A stretch of DNA of 64,000 bases, from assembly GCA_035510735.1 (NCBI GenBank), contig DATKGN010000013.1, forward strand, positions 128,596-192,595, read 5' to 3'. How positions within the stretch are numbered: the stretch's first letter is position 1; every line of letters begins with the position of its first letter. Below, one piece after another: positions 1 through 10,088 of the stretch. A program made the position numbers and the translations under genes. The notes under the pieces were generated by a model. It searched no databases, was not told the DNA's origin, and worked only from the letters and a program-made list of their open reading frames with translations. The DNA comes from Patescibacteria group bacterium (GTDB lineage Bacteria; Patescibacteriota; Microgenomatia; UBA10105; UBA927).

Positions 1-618
1 GCAACCCCTGGCCCACGTCACCATTGATGGCTCGCAGGTATAGGTCACCATAGTGCCGTCCCACGCGTGGACCCGCGTCGTGCCGAGGCGCCCGCACTTT
101 TCACATACAACCTGAAGCGGCAACCAACCCTTATCGCGTTTTTTACTGCCGCTTACCCGTTGATAAATTTCCTGAATCTCAGATGCATGATCCAGCACCT
201 CACAAATAACGCCGTCAAACTTCCCAGCGTGATACATATCCCACGAATACCGGAACTCTGCCCGGACGCCGAGATCGAGTAAGACCTTTTGAAAATCACG
301 GGTGAAATAATCTGCGAAGCTTTTATATCCGTCAACCGGAGACGGAGCCATCCTGAGTGGAAACCCCAAATACGGACTGCTTTTTGCGACAAGTTCCGGT
401 GGCAACCCGTCAATCGGATCAAAATCATTAAATATGTAGGTAAATGTAGTTTTCTTGCCAGCGTCAATAAGCGACCGATAGACAATATCATGGACAAGCG
501 GCCCCCGGAGCGATCCGATGTGGGCAAATCCGGACGGCGTGAACATATCATCCACCCAATAGGGCGTATGTGCACCCGATTCAATAATCTCTTTTGCTAT
601 TTTATCTGACCAAAACAT
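1..618 (-). CDS. lysS: Class I lysyl-tRNA synthetase, N-terminal part (runs off the window start)
   Basis: Manual translation from ATG at 618: MFWSDKIAKEII...DDMFTPSGFAHIGSLRG (PSG..HIG, the HIGH motif of class I LysRS) and ...VVCEKCGRLGTT. Absent from the ORF track because it is open-ended. Confidence 0.9.
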   Translation of the reverse strand, partial: MFWSDKIAKEIIESGAHTPYWVDDMFTPSGFAHIGSLRGPLVHDIVYRSLIDAGKKTTFTYIFNDFDPIDGLPPELVAKSSPYLGFPLRMAPSPVDGYKSFADYFTRDFQKVLLDLGVRAEFRYSWDMYHAGKFDGVICEVLDHASEIQEIYQRVSGSKKRDKGWLPLQVVCEKCGRLGTTRVHAWDGTMVTYTCEPSMVTWARGC

Positions 619-652
619 ATATAGTGTCTATTGTACCTCTATTTTCAGGTAC

Positions 653-676
653 AAAAAACCCCGCTTGTGGCGGGGT
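653..676 (-). terminator. Intrinsic terminator after greA
   Basis: Minus strand ACCCCGC-CACAA-GCGGGGT followed by a T-run, 20 nt after the greA stop. Confidence 0.8.
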
Positions 677-696
677 AATTTCTTTATAATCTTTTT

Positions 697-1161
697 TTAT
701 TCGATGTTGAGAATTTTATATTGCACTTTCCCCGCCGGCGCTTCTACCTCAACTTTTTCACCGACTTTTTTACCCATCAGGGCGCTCCCCAACGGCGAAG
801 AGTGGGAAATTTTCTTTTCTGTCGGATCTGCTTCCCATTCGCCAACCAGCATGAATATTTCCTTTTTTCCGTTGATGGTTAAGGTCACTTTGCAGCCGAC
901 ATCGACCTGGCTTTTCGTGTGGTTCGTGACGATTTTAGCGCCGTGGATGATCTCTTCAAGTTCGAGGATCCGTCCGTCAATAAACGCCAGATCCTGCTTT
1001 GCGGCCGCGTATTCGCTGTTTTCTGACAGATCTCCGAGCTCGCGGGCATCCGCGAGGCGCTTAACGCCCTCCGGGCGCTTCACGTTCAATAATGTCTCCA
1101 GCTCAGCCTTGAGGTCTGATAAACCGGTCTTGGTGAGCACTATTCGATTATTTGTATCCAT
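697..1161 (-). CDS. greA: Transcription elongation factor GreA
   Basis: GDLSENSEY motif and the C-terminal ISHSSPLGSALMG...APAG. Confidence 0.97.
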   Translation of the reverse strand: MDTNNRIVLTKTGLSDLKAELETLLNVKRPEGVKRLADARELGDLSENSEYAAAKQDLAFIDGRILELEEIIHGAKIVTNHTKSQVDVGCKVTLTINGKKEIFMLVGEWEADPTEKKISHSSPLGSALMGKKVGEKVEVEAPAGKVQYKILNIE

Positions 1162-1172
1162 ATTTTTAGGCT

Positions 1173-1270
1173 AAAAAAATCCTCCCCATCAAACCTGTAA
1201 AGTTCATTAGGGAGCAGATATTAGCTCAGTTCAGCTTATTAAGCGTAGCAAACCCGCCTTGCCATGTCAA
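1173..1270 (-). promoter_or_regulatory. greA promoter with a terminator-like hairpin in the 5' leader
   Basis: TTGACA(1270-1265)-17 nt-TACGCT(1247-1242). The leader holds CTCCCTAATGAAC...GTTTGATGGGGAG followed by a T7 run before the ATG. Confidence 0.6.
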
Positions 1271-1333
1271 GAGGATATTGGTACAATTGAAGCTAAATGG
1301 GGCGAAAGATCAAGCTTTTTGCCTCAGTTCCTA

Positions 1334-1407
1334 GCCCCCATCGTCTAGCGGCCTAGGACGACGCCTTCTCAAGGCGTAGATCTCCGGTTCGAATCCGGAT
1401 GGGGGTA
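1334..1407 (+). tRNA. tRNA-Glu (anticodon CTC)
   Basis: Acceptor GCCCCCA/TGGGGGT, anticodon arm ACGCC-TTCTCAA-GGCGT, T arm TCCGG-TTCGAAT-CCGGA. No encoded CCA. Confidence 0.95.
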
Positions 1408-1459
1408 CATATTAATCCTATAGTTTGACTTCCACACTGCCTCTTGCTATACTTTTCAA

Positions 1460-2080
1460 ATGACTTCCACTGAAAACAGAGTATATCCAGTATCGCCAGC
1501 ATATAGGAAAACGGCTTTAATTGAAGCCCGAATGTTACATGGTGCAATGGATGATAGGATTATTGATAAAACTCCTGCCGCTCTTCGTCATATAGTTGCC
1601 GAAAACGTATTACATTCTTTAGAATCAAAATATACGTGGCCAACAACAATACCAAAGGACATTCATTGGATGAATAATCGCTGGGTTAACTACCTTGCAG
1701 CTATGGATGATATTGAGGCTGTGAAAAAAGGGCAAACGACTAAATCGTATCTATCAATAGCTAACGGTTTAATTGAAACCGCAATCGACATTACTGACAG
1801 AGACGAAATGCTTTCACTAAGGGCGAGACGAATGGGAGTCCCAATTCAAAAGTTTTACCGAACGATAACAGATGCGGATTGGTGGCGATACAGAATAGTC
1901 TATTGTTTCAATAAATCTAAAGAGATGGGAAAGCCTATTCCGTTTCGTGAACGTTCACAGATGTGGGCCCGATATGAAGCGTCGTACGCGCGACTTCACT
2001 ATAGATATAAATCTGAGCCGAATGCTGATTCGTTTAATCGAGCCCGTCTCTTTCATGTACTCGCAAAATGGCTTGAGTAA
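1460..2080 (+). CDS. Hypothetical protein (orphan, next to tRNA-Glu)
   Basis: 206-aa ORF with TATACT 6 nt before the ATG. No recognisable motif. Confidence 0.7.
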   Translation: MTSTENRVYPVSPAYRKTALIEARMLHGAMDDRIIDKTPAALRHIVAENVLHSLESKYTWPTTIPKDIHWMNNRWVNYLAAMDDIEAVKKGQTTKSYLSIANGLIETAIDITDRDEMLSLRARRMGVPIQKFYRTITDADWWRYRIVYCFNKSKEMGKPIPFRERSQMWARYEASYARLHYRYKSEPNADSFNRARLFHVLAKWLE

Positions 2081-2207
2081 CTACAGAAACTCAAATTACG
2101 CGACTTCGAACTAAAATTCGGGTAAAAATAGCCTCATAACCGTTGACCATCTGTTCGTACTCGGCTAGTATCGGGGTACATAAACGGTTGAGGGTGTTCG
2201 CGGAGTA

Positions 2208-3224
2208 TTATTTAAAATCTCTTATTATAGCTTTATAGTTGGCAAACCGGCGTAATTGATCCAAGAACAATGAAATGCCTCCTTGTTTTACCCCTGTTTG
2301 AAAAAGTTGCAGCATCTCGCGTGTATCCAAAAATTCTTCCTCTGATACCGTAACATTGGAACCAGTATCTGGTTCCACATCGGTATAGTAAAAGGCTTTT
2401 TCTATTTTCGTATCGCTTCCGAACGTGATAGTACCTGCATGATCTGCCACAAGCAAAACGCCAATGTCAACTTTTTGCAACTCTACCGCTCCGTCTCCCG
2501 GAGTGATAAATAGCACATCAATACGTGATCTTCCATCGTTATACATGTTTGCATTGGCTTGTAATGAAGAAGTGATGACCAAACCTAAATCAAATGGATC
2601 TTTTATAATAATTTGTTTGCTCACAAGATGATGAATGAACGCGTGAGGCGCGACATCTATATGCTCCGCCATACCTACGAACCCTATTTTATTATGACCA
2701 TCTATTGCCCCTGTGCGGCCCACGACTCGATCTTGCGTGTTCCCATATCCTATATGAACGCCATTTCTACCGTATACCGGAAATGTATAATTTGATTCGG
2801 CTATGACGTCGGATTGGTTTACGTTCTCCGGTTGAACTCCTTGCTCAGTTGCACGTTGTTCCAATATCTCCAAGTGCGGAAGATGTGTTGCGCAATGTTC
2901 ACAGGTTGTCGGCGACAAAACGTGCATAATATCTGGCAATGGAGGCGTATGATCCGGCTTTTCCGCATCAAGCAATTTTTGAATATTGGTGTCGACAAGA
3001 GATGTGGGCGCGCTGCATGTTGGACATTTAGTCGGTAATTTCACAATTTCTTTAAATCCAATCAATCTGAACTGTGCGTCATTAGGAATTAATGCCAATA
3101 ACGCATTTAATTGGATTTCACTACACCTGACATCGCCTGATGAATAAAAAAGGTTTCGAAGTGTATCTGTAACTTGTGTAGCTGAATACGTTGCTGCCTG
3201 GTATGGCTGTTCTAGAGTAGGCAT
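2208..3224 (-). CDS. Hypothetical protein with a putative Zn-binding CxxC pair
   Basis: 338-aa ORF with CPTC...CEHC. TACACT lies 7 nt before the ATG. Confidence 0.7.
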   Translation of the reverse strand: MPTLEQPYQAATYSATQVTDTLRNLFYSSGDVRCSEIQLNALLALIPNDAQFRLIGFKEIVKLPTKCPTCSAPTSLVDTNIQKLLDAEKPDHTPPLPDIMHVLSPTTCEHCATHLPHLEILEQRATEQGVQPENVNQSDVIAESNYTFPVYGRNGVHIGYGNTQDRVVGRTGAIDGHNKIGFVGMAEHIDVAPHAFIHHLVSKQIIIKDPFDLGLVITSSLQANANMYNDGRSRIDVLFITPGDGAVELQKVDIGVLLVADHAGTITFGSDTKIEKAFYYTDVEPDTGSNVTVSEEEFLDTREMLQLFQTGVKQGGISLFLDQLRRFANYKAIIRDFK

Positions 3225-3347
3225 GGCACATAGTGTATCACCTGGAACCTATAGTAGCAAGTCGTGTCAAATTCAAACTGTAACCTGATTAAGTTTATAC
3301 GTTTGAAGCTAAAATCGCCCAAATTTGGTCCCAACAGGTGTCACGAA

Positions 3348-3704
3348 TTATTGAAGCATATCGACTTTGAGCGCTTTCGCTGCCCTATACCACCCGCCAT
3401 TGAGTTCAAAAATTTGATATTCAATGGTTAAACGTACTTTTTTACCAACTTTTGTATTACACAACACCGTTGTGGTGCCGTGTTTATTCGCCAGTTCTTC
3501 AGCCAATTCTTTTTTATACGCTTCCTGATCGACACTCTTATCGAGAGTATCGAATGTATGCAATTTTGTAAATTCCGAAGAGGTATATCCGGCAATCTGA
3601 AGCACTTTTTCACTCGCCCACACAAAACTCTTATCGTACAAATCGATAACAAAATCTACAGTTTCAAGATATTTCCTAGCCTCAACCACCACAGGATTAT
3701 CCAT
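3348..3704 (-). CDS. Stand-alone PAS-like domain protein
   Basis: VIDL...FVWASEKVLQIAGYTSSEF resembles the PAS N-terminal pattern. Confidence 0.6.
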   Translation of the reverse strand: MDNPVVVEARKYLETVDFVIDLYDKSFVWASEKVLQIAGYTSSEFTKLHTFDTLDKSVDQEAYKKELAEELANKHGTTTVLCNTKVGKKVRLTIEYQIFELNGGWYRAAKALKVDMLQ

Positions 3705-3868
3705 ATATTATCCCACCTATGGTGTACACCCTTCGATCAAATAATTCACCCGCTTCCGGCGGTATCGCTTTATGAACGATGGATCAATATGTACTAAAAT
3801 AGCCTCAAACCGGATAATTATCCTCTAAACATGCTATACTGCATAGACTGAAAGGAGACAAACAAACT

Positions 3869-4069
3869 ATGAACGGTACAATTAAGACGAAAACAGATAG
3901 AGGATTTGGTTTTATAGCTCGCGATGGCGAGACGAAAGACCTATTCTTTCATTCTAAAGATTTAGTAGGCGTCACATTTGACGAACTACAAGTCGGTGAA
4001 AAAGTAACATTTGAAGTCGTAGATGGTCCGAAAGGCCCAAGTGCGAAAAATGTAAAACGAGCTGTCTAA
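3869..4069 (+). CDS. Cold-shock protein (CSD family)
   Basis: RNP1 RGFGFI and RNP2 LFFHS. An AAAGGAGA ribosome-binding site lies upstream. Confidence 0.95.
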   Translation: MNGTIKTKTDRGFGFIARDGETKDLFFHSKDLVGVTFDELQVGEKVTFEVVDGPKGPSAKNVKRAV

Positions 4070-4094
4070 GCTCTTTTTTAACTTTAACCACAAG

Positions 4095-4124
4095 AAAAAG
4101 CTCCGCCTATAAGCGGGGCTTTTT
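4095..4124. terminator. Bidirectional intrinsic terminator
   Basis: AAAAAGCTCCGC-CTATAA-GCGGGGCTTTTT between convergent genes. Confidence 0.85.
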
Positions 4125-4148
4125 CGTACACACCGTCCAAGATAGTCA

Positions 4149-5009
4149 CTACCCTTTCCAATTATCCAGAACAAACCGGACACTCCGGCTAACATCTACC
4201 GCGTTACCCACTTCAATCGTATAGATTGTTCCTGGGTTACTACGGGAACTTTGCCGTATAAGATCCGCCAATTCGCGGGCATATTTCCCATCCCCGGGCG
4301 CAAGTTTTTCTATTTTCCCGTCGGGATTATAGTCGCCGACTTGTATAACCTTCGGCTGCAATACTTCAAACGCTTCACCGAGACTAAATTGCCCGTTCCG
4401 CAAAACCGTATCGGTGGGCAATATGGAAACCAAGTTCTTATATCCTTTTTTATGCCACACATCAATAAATTCATGAATCGCATGGATATTCCAAGATAAA
4501 ATCTCCGGTCTGTTATCAGCCGGTCCCCAGCCTAATTTTCGACCATAGAGAACGTCGGTCAAAAGCCATTGTTCAAGTTGTCCGTGCTCTTGAAGAAGTC
4601 TCGTCGGTTCTTCGTGCATCGCCAGGTAACTTGCCCCCAGGCCGACAGCAAGTTGCAAGTGAGTACGAAACATACGGGTCCAGAGTGGCTCGGATTGAGC
4701 CCCAATACCCCCAATAATCTTGAGAACTTCCAAAAACACACGCGGATTTGTACGAAAATCCCGTAGGTCTTTCGCAAAGTCTTTGTACGTTGCGGTAGTA
4801 ACCCCGGCGACAGCCACATCGACATCGGTTTCTTGTTTTCGCGCTAACAGGTACTTCTCAGAGTGAAAACGAAGAGGAACAATTTCAACGCCAATACTCG
4901 CCAAACCAAACTTTTCTCTTATATCGTAGGCTGCGTTCATCGCACGGTCAGGCAAAAGGTATGGAATTTGGCTGATATATATGTTTGGCTGTTCCGGTGT
5001 TGCAGACAT
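4149..5009 (-). CDS. Hypothetical protein, possibly a degenerate xylose-isomerase/AP-endonuclease-2-like TIM barrel
   Basis: GVEI..., LGASYLAMH, ...PGDG..., YTIEV pattern. The start was moved to ATG 5009, 7 nt after TACTAT. Confidence 0.55.
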   Translation of the reverse strand: MSATPEQPNIYISQIPYLLPDRAMNAAYDIREKFGLASIGVEIVPLRFHSEKYLLARKQETDVDVAVAGVTTATYKDFAKDLRDFRTNPRVFLEVLKIIGGIGAQSEPLWTRMFRTHLQLAVGLGASYLAMHEEPTRLLQEHGQLEQWLLTDVLYGRKLGWGPADNRPEILSWNIHAIHEFIDVWHKKGYKNLVSILPTDTVLRNGQFSLGEAFEVLQPKVIQVGDYNPDGKIEKLAPGDGKYARELADLIRQSSRSNPGTIYTIEVGNAVDVSRSVRFVLDNWKG

Positions 5010-5022
5010 TAGGCTTATAGTA

Positions 5023-5511
5023 CTATTTCTGAAGTAAAAATTCAAGTTCTATCTCATCGCGGATCGGAATGCCGTCGTTGCCGAATCTAGGGATGGGTTT
5101 AATTTTTCTCTGTTCATCGATGGCACCTGTCCGCACCGCGGTGATGACAAATCCCCGCTTCTGGTAAAACCGGAGAGCCATGGTGTTATCATTCGTCGTC
5201 ATGAGCCACAGTCTGCTGCACCCATCCTTTTTCGCCGCTACTTTTACGTGTTCAATGAGCGCCGTCCCCAGTCCCTGTTTTTCGTGGGCTGCATACAATG
5301 CCACGATTTCGCACACGCTCCCCTCTTTTGCGTACATAATAAATCCAACCGGCTTGCCATCATGCACACCCACAAAATTCGGAAGCCTCAATATATTATA
5401 TGTATGTTCCTTACTGATAATATCGATCGACCCCCACAACTTCACGGCCACATCCCTGATCCAGGCATTGTCGCTGGTTATTTTCTGTCTGAACTCAAAC
5501 GAAGACTCCAT
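5023..5511 (-). CDS. GNAT family N-acetyltransferase
   Basis: KQGLGTAL motif A and TTNDN..ALRFYQKRGF. Confidence 0.9.
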   Translation of the reverse strand: MESSFEFRQKITSDNAWIRDVAVKLWGSIDIISKEHTYNILRLPNFVGVHDGKPVGFIMYAKEGSVCEIVALYAAHEKQGLGTALIEHVKVAAKKDGCSRLWLMTTNDNTMALRFYQKRGFVITAVRTGAIDEQRKIKPIPRFGNDGIPIRDEIELEFLLQK

Positions 5512-5574
5512 GAGGTCATTATATAAGAAACACTCCTATTTGGGTTAATCAATTAATACGCATTCCTTGACACT

Positions 5575-7467
5575 ATGAGCCGCACACTGTATAACACACA
5601 AGCGTCCTATATTATGCCTGATCCCACCAAAACGCCTCCTCTACTCCTAGCTGATCTTCTCGCACAAATAAACGATCTGAGGCTGGATAAACCCGACTCA
5701 GAACGGAACTGGCACGATTGGCTCACAAGCCTTCACAGAACGGATCTGGAAGCGCACCTAACTCCAAAAACCCCCATGAGTTATTCCTCCGCCGAATATA
5801 TGTTGCCTGGGCTCGCAGCGGAAGGCGGCCTGGGAGCGCTATCACGGGATCATTATTTGCAGGCTGTCCTTTTGGGAATCCCTGCCCATTTTTTCGGGTT
5901 ACTGTATAAAGAACAAAAAATCCAAACAATTGAAACCGACGACAGCGGCAATTACTGGCAAAAAATACATATGGAGAATTTGCCCACTCCTGAAGAATTA
6001 CACTTCAAACGCATAAACTCACTGCACGTCGCGATGAACGGAGAATACGGATTAGATACGATTCCCGTGTATCTCCACTCACTCAGTACCACAAAAACGC
6101 CGCTGTATCTCCTTCAGGTTGAGGGCGGCGTCTACCCCAAGGATAATAACAGCAATGATCGGTTATGGAATAATGTCGTTTTAGGATTCGGCCAGCACCA
6201 GATCAATACACAACTCAAAGAACGTAAGGTTATCGACGACATCGCATTTTTCCATACCAACGAATCCGCTATGGTGATTAGTGTTCTTGCCGCTCTTGAC
6301 GATGCAACACTACAAAATGGCGACACGCTAGAAGTATATGATCAGGCTCTTGCGGCAATTCGAGTAAAAGATATACTCACCAACCACACACTCGTCCCAG
6401 CCGCGGAGGCAACATTTTCACGGGACCAGTGCGAGACATTTATTTTGAGCAACCTCAAAAGCCGGCAGATGAAAAAACAACTCACGAAATTTATCGCACA
6501 TCACGACGGACAACTCAAATTGCTGGACCTTGCCCTCTATCTTGCCGGTACAAAGAACGGCGTAAGCGAAGATCATTCACGGATAGCAGCGAGGGTATTT
6601 CATCTTGATTTCCATGCCGTAACGAACGGCATTTATGAAGAAAGCTGGGCCGCCGATATTGTCGACATTTTGAGTCACTATAAAATCATTGACCGTTTCG
6701 GCCTTCCTACTGCCGACTGGGTTAAGCATGTCGAAGAGATACCTACTGAAATTCTTATGAAATCAAAACGCACAAAGGTCGAAGCGTTCCGGCAGTTTCT
6801 TCTGTCGGGAGGGAGACGTGACCAATTCGGAAATATCGTTGTACTTCCCGAAAACCCGCTCATTATCGGCGACGCCCGGCGGTTTGCCGGATATAAGCGA
6901 CGGACGATTGCATTCTCATATTTCGATGTCTTTCAGGATATATTGGAACATTATCCCAATGCACACATATTTATTTCCGGAAAAGCCCACCGCCACGACC
7001 AGCTGCCGATTGCGGATCTCTCCCACATACTCAAAAGTATTGCACATAATGATATCTTCCGGGCTCAGATTCATTTTCTCCCCAACTGGGAGCCGAAATT
7101 CGCCAAAATGCTTATTGGTGCAAGTCATGTGTGGGTTAATAACCCGAGGGTCGGATTTGAAGCATGCGGTACATCAGGGATGAAGGCCGGTTTAAACCTC
7201 GCGCTCCTGGTTTCTACAAAAGACGGTTTTCTGGCAGAAGTTCCCCAGAACGCATTTTATGCAATCAAAGGCGAGTCAGATTCAGCCGAAGAGCTCGCGA
7301 GTTATTATGCCAAACTCACGCAGGCAATCGCCGATGTGCATAGTCCCGAAGCTTGGGCCACAAACGTAAAACGTCTGTGGAAAAGTAATTTCCTCCATAT
7401 CACAAGCGGCGCCCGTATGCTCGCCCAATACCTTAACATGGCGCTACCACAGGAAGAAAATGTTTAA
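5575..7467 (+). CDS. glgP: Alpha-glucan (glycogen/starch) phosphorylase, GT35
   Basis: GGLG, TNHTLVPA, ARRFAGYKR, SGKAH and EACGTSGMKA (PLP lysine). The start may be ATG 5614. Confidence 0.88.
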   Translation: MSRTLYNTQASYIMPDPTKTPPLLLADLLAQINDLRLDKPDSERNWHDWLTSLHRTDLEAHLTPKTPMSYSSAEYMLPGLAAEGGLGALSRDHYLQAVLLGIPAHFFGLLYKEQKIQTIETDDSGNYWQKIHMENLPTPEELHFKRINSLHVAMNGEYGLDTIPVYLHSLSTTKTPLYLLQVEGGVYPKDNNSNDRLWNNVVLGFGQHQINTQLKERKVIDDIAFFHTNESAMVISVLAALDDATLQNGDTLEVYDQALAAIRVKDILTNHTLVPAAEATFSRDQCETFILSNLKSRQMKKQLTKFIAHHDGQLKLLDLALYLAGTKNGVSEDHSRIAARVFHLDFHAVTNGIYEESWAADIVDILSHYKIIDRFGLPTADWVKHVEEIPTEILMKSKRTKVEAFRQFLLSGGRRDQFGNIVVLPENPLIIGDARRFAGYKRRTIAFSYFDVFQDILEHYPNAHIFISGKAHRHDQLPIADLSHILKSIAHNDIFRAQIHFLPNWEPKFAKMLIGASHVWVNNPRVGFEACGTSGMKAGLNLALLVSTKDGFLAEVPQNAFYAIKGESDSAEELASYYAKLTQAIADVHSPEAWATNVKRLWKSNFLHITSGARMLAQYLNMALPQEENV

Positions 7468-7584
7468 GATACTTCAGAAATGCTTCACTCGGGCATTTCA
7501 CTTTTTTTGATTCAATAAATACGTTCCAATCTCGTCCGACAGGCGTATGTAAAGAATGTATTGAGATGCTATAATTCCTCTTGT

Positions 7585-8061
7585 ATGAAAACCGGTATTA
7601 CGATTCGACGTGCCATGATTGATGATTTAGCCTCGATTTGTGCATTAAGTCAATTGTTGTTTGAACATGATGGCCAGTTTACCGAGGAATTTAATATGTC
7701 ATGGTCCCGCAGCAAAGAGGGACAAGAGTTCTTCACAAAACAGCTAAAAAGCAGAAAATCATTCATCCTGCTCGCGCAGGATGGAAATAAATCTGTGGGA
7801 TATACCCATGTTACATTAGATAAGTTTGCCTGGCGCGCATTCAATCCGATCGCTGAAGTGGTAAATTTGAGTATCGCTCCCGAATATCGGGGACAAGGTA
7901 TCGGAACCGCGCTGTTTCATGAGGCAAAAACGTTAGCCAAAAAACGGGGAGCCAAACGGATGAGTGTGTCCGCTGTATCAGCTGATATCAGAGCTCTCAA
8001 CTTCTATAAACGGCACGGGTTTAAGGATTTCAGCGTTGGCATGGTTGTACCGCTTGATTGA
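7585..8061 (+). CDS. GNAT family N-acetyltransferase
   Basis: PEYRGQGIGTAL and ALNFYKRHGF. The ATG follows TATAAT. Confidence 0.9.
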   Translation: MKTGITIRRAMIDDLASICALSQLLFEHDGQFTEEFNMSWSRSKEGQEFFTKQLKSRKSFILLAQDGNKSVGYTHVTLDKFAWRAFNPIAEVVNLSIAPEYRGQGIGTALFHEAKTLAKKRGAKRMSVSAVSADIRALNFYKRHGFKDFSVGMVVPLD

Positions 8062-8082
8062 ATTGAATTTGCGAAAAATGCG

Positions 8083-8376
8083 TTACGACCAGGTTGATTT
8101 AGCAGAGTGATAGAGATTGTTCCCCCAGGTGAGCATACCCTGCGCCCACGCCTTATGATCGATAACACCGTTCCGATATTCTTCTTCCAGTTTGTCATAG
8201 GAATCGCAGAATTGTTTAAAACTTGGCTTAAATGTTGGGGTGGGCGGAAACGTTAAAAGGGCGTTTAAGTTTTTGCGGGTGAGTTTAAGGAAAAGTTCGA
8301 TTCTCCCCTTTTCTTTGGTGAAACTGACGAGCGACCAATTACCAATCTGCGTCAGATTTTCTGCAGTATCAAGCAC
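8083..8376 (-). CDS. Hypothetical protein
   Basis: 97-aa ORF. The frame stays open upstream to an ATA codon at 8430, 8 nt after TATAAT, so the start is uncertain. Confidence 0.55.
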   Translation of the reverse strand: MLDTAENLTQIGNWSLVSFTKEKGRIELFLKLTRKNLNALLTFPPTPTFKPSFKQFCDSYDKLEEEYRNGVIDHKAWAQGMLTWGNNLYHSAKSTWS

Positions 8377-8451
8377 TAAATCACGCTGGTTTTGAACTGA
8401 ATAATTACTGAGTGTTGAATGGTGAATTATATAGGGGTATTATACTCGTTT

Positions 8452-9957
8452 TTATAGGATTTTACTAGTCACCAACTTGGGTGGAGTTGCAAGAATCGAT
8501 TGATAGAGCATCATGTATTGTTTAGCCGATTCAGTCCATGAAAAATCACGTTTCATCGCTGATTCTACCATGCGGTAATGTTTTTTCGGATTGGTGGTTT
8601 TCACACGGAGAGCACTTATGATCATATTTTCAAGTTCTATGGAAGATGAGTTGGTAAATATATAGCCGTTCTTGCCATTTATGACCGTGTCATTAAGGCC
8701 GCCCGTCGCCCGTGCAATCGGCAGCGCCCCATAGCGCATCGCATTCATTTGGATAAGGCAACAGGGTTCATAATAAGATGGGATCATCATAAAATCGCTC
8801 GCTGCATAAATGAGTGAAGCGAGTTCATCATCATACACCGTGACAACGGCAATCCTGTCAGGATTAAAAGCGCGCAGGAGATGAAACCGCTCTTCCCACG
8901 ATTCTTCTCCCTGACCCATAATCACAAACTGACACTCCTTAAGGGCCTCCCGCACAATCATTCGGTGAATGAGGTCAATCCCCTTTTGCTTCTGGTCGAA
9001 CCTGCCGATGTACCCGATCACCGGAATTGACGCATTGACGGGCAAACTTAGCCGCTCCTGCAGCTTTTTTTTGTTAATCTGTTTACCACGGGTAATATCG
9101 ACAACTGCCGCATCATTGACGCTGTCTTTTTCCTTGGCAGAATACCGAACACCCAAAAATATATTGGTTGCGGGATTTTTCAATGTATAGTCAATACCGT
9201 TTAATATAGCCGAAGTTTTATACATATTTCCCCTGACGGCAACATCGAGTCCCGCACCGTGTTCTTCCGTCTGGATTTCTTTGAGATACGTCGGCGACAC
9301 CGTATTGATCCAGTCAGCGTTTACGATTCCTTCTAATAACAAATTAAATTGATGCGTTTCTGATTCCCATTTAACCATAGACAATGATTCGCGCGGTATG
9401 TGTAATTTATCGGCAATGACGGCAGCAAACGACCGCTGATGGGATATACAGTGAATCGTAAGAAGAGTCTTAATATTTAAATTATTTACTTTTATTAAAA
9501 GAGGAATTAACCCGCAATGATTATCGTTACAGTGAACGATATCAGGACGCCAGGTACCGAACAATCCAGCTTTGAGAGCCTCGACAACTGCAAGTCCGAA
9601 TATAACGAATGTTTCTGGAATCGGTTTATCAAAATACTCTTTATTTCCGATGAGGTACACAGGAATGTCGGTTGTTAAAAAAAATATTTTATGAATGGTG
9701 ATCGCGACTTTCTGTTTTCCGTAGAAAACGGTAAATTCCGCTACCTTCTTCTTGCGTTGACCCAATACGTTTAATGCTTTGTAATGAGGTATCACCAGGC
9801 GGATATCTACCCCCATGGATTTAAGTGCTCGAGGAAGAGAACGCGCAACTTCACCTAACCCTCCGACTTTTAAGAACGGCTCAACTTCCCATACTGCGAA
9901 TAATACATTTAGAATTGTAGGCTGCTTTGAAGTTTTTTTTATTGGCTTTTGAACCAT
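8452..9957 (-). CDS. glgA: Glycogen synthase, GT5
   Basis: KVGGLGEV, TVSPTY, ILNGID, QKGIDL, PSYYEPC and ATGGLND motifs. Confidence 0.92.
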   Translation of the reverse strand: MVQKPIKKTSKQPTILNVLFAVWEVEPFLKVGGLGEVARSLPRALKSMGVDIRLVIPHYKALNVLGQRKKKVAEFTVFYGKQKVAITIHKIFFLTTDIPVYLIGNKEYFDKPIPETFVIFGLAVVEALKAGLFGTWRPDIVHCNDNHCGLIPLLIKVNNLNIKTLLTIHCISHQRSFAAVIADKLHIPRESLSMVKWESETHQFNLLLEGIVNADWINTVSPTYLKEIQTEEHGAGLDVAVRGNMYKTSAILNGIDYTLKNPATNIFLGVRYSAKEKDSVNDAAVVDITRGKQINKKKLQERLSLPVNASIPVIGYIGRFDQKQKGIDLIHRMIVREALKECQFVIMGQGEESWEERFHLLRAFNPDRIAVVTVYDDELASLIYAASDFMMIPSYYEPCCLIQMNAMRYGALPIARATGGLNDTVINGKNGYIFTNSSSIELENMIISALRVKTTNPKKHYRMVESAMKRDFSWTESAKQYMMLYQSILATPPKLVTSKIL

Positions 9958-10088
9958 CTATATGAGAGTATAACACAAATAGATTATATTGGCGCGCTAT
10001 TTTGCACCATAACAATATACAATAACACCTTTTGACGGCCTGAACCAACATACTTATGGTATTTTTCTGATGACTGAAGGCCTAAACG

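Noticed and set aside
67-609. ORF-track entries at 67-282, 153-584 and 289-609, and the many antisense shadow ORFs elsewhere
   Set aside because: They overlap well-supported genes (lysS here) in other frames and have no motifs.
2208-3224. PP2C phosphatase call from NTQD and LVADH
   Set aside because: The motifs are ~90 aa apart and the DG and C-terminal Asp motifs are missing.
10030-10085. CTGATGA within a GGCCT...AGGCC fold as a hammerhead ribozyme
   Set aside because: No stem II plus GAAA follows the CUGAUGA core.
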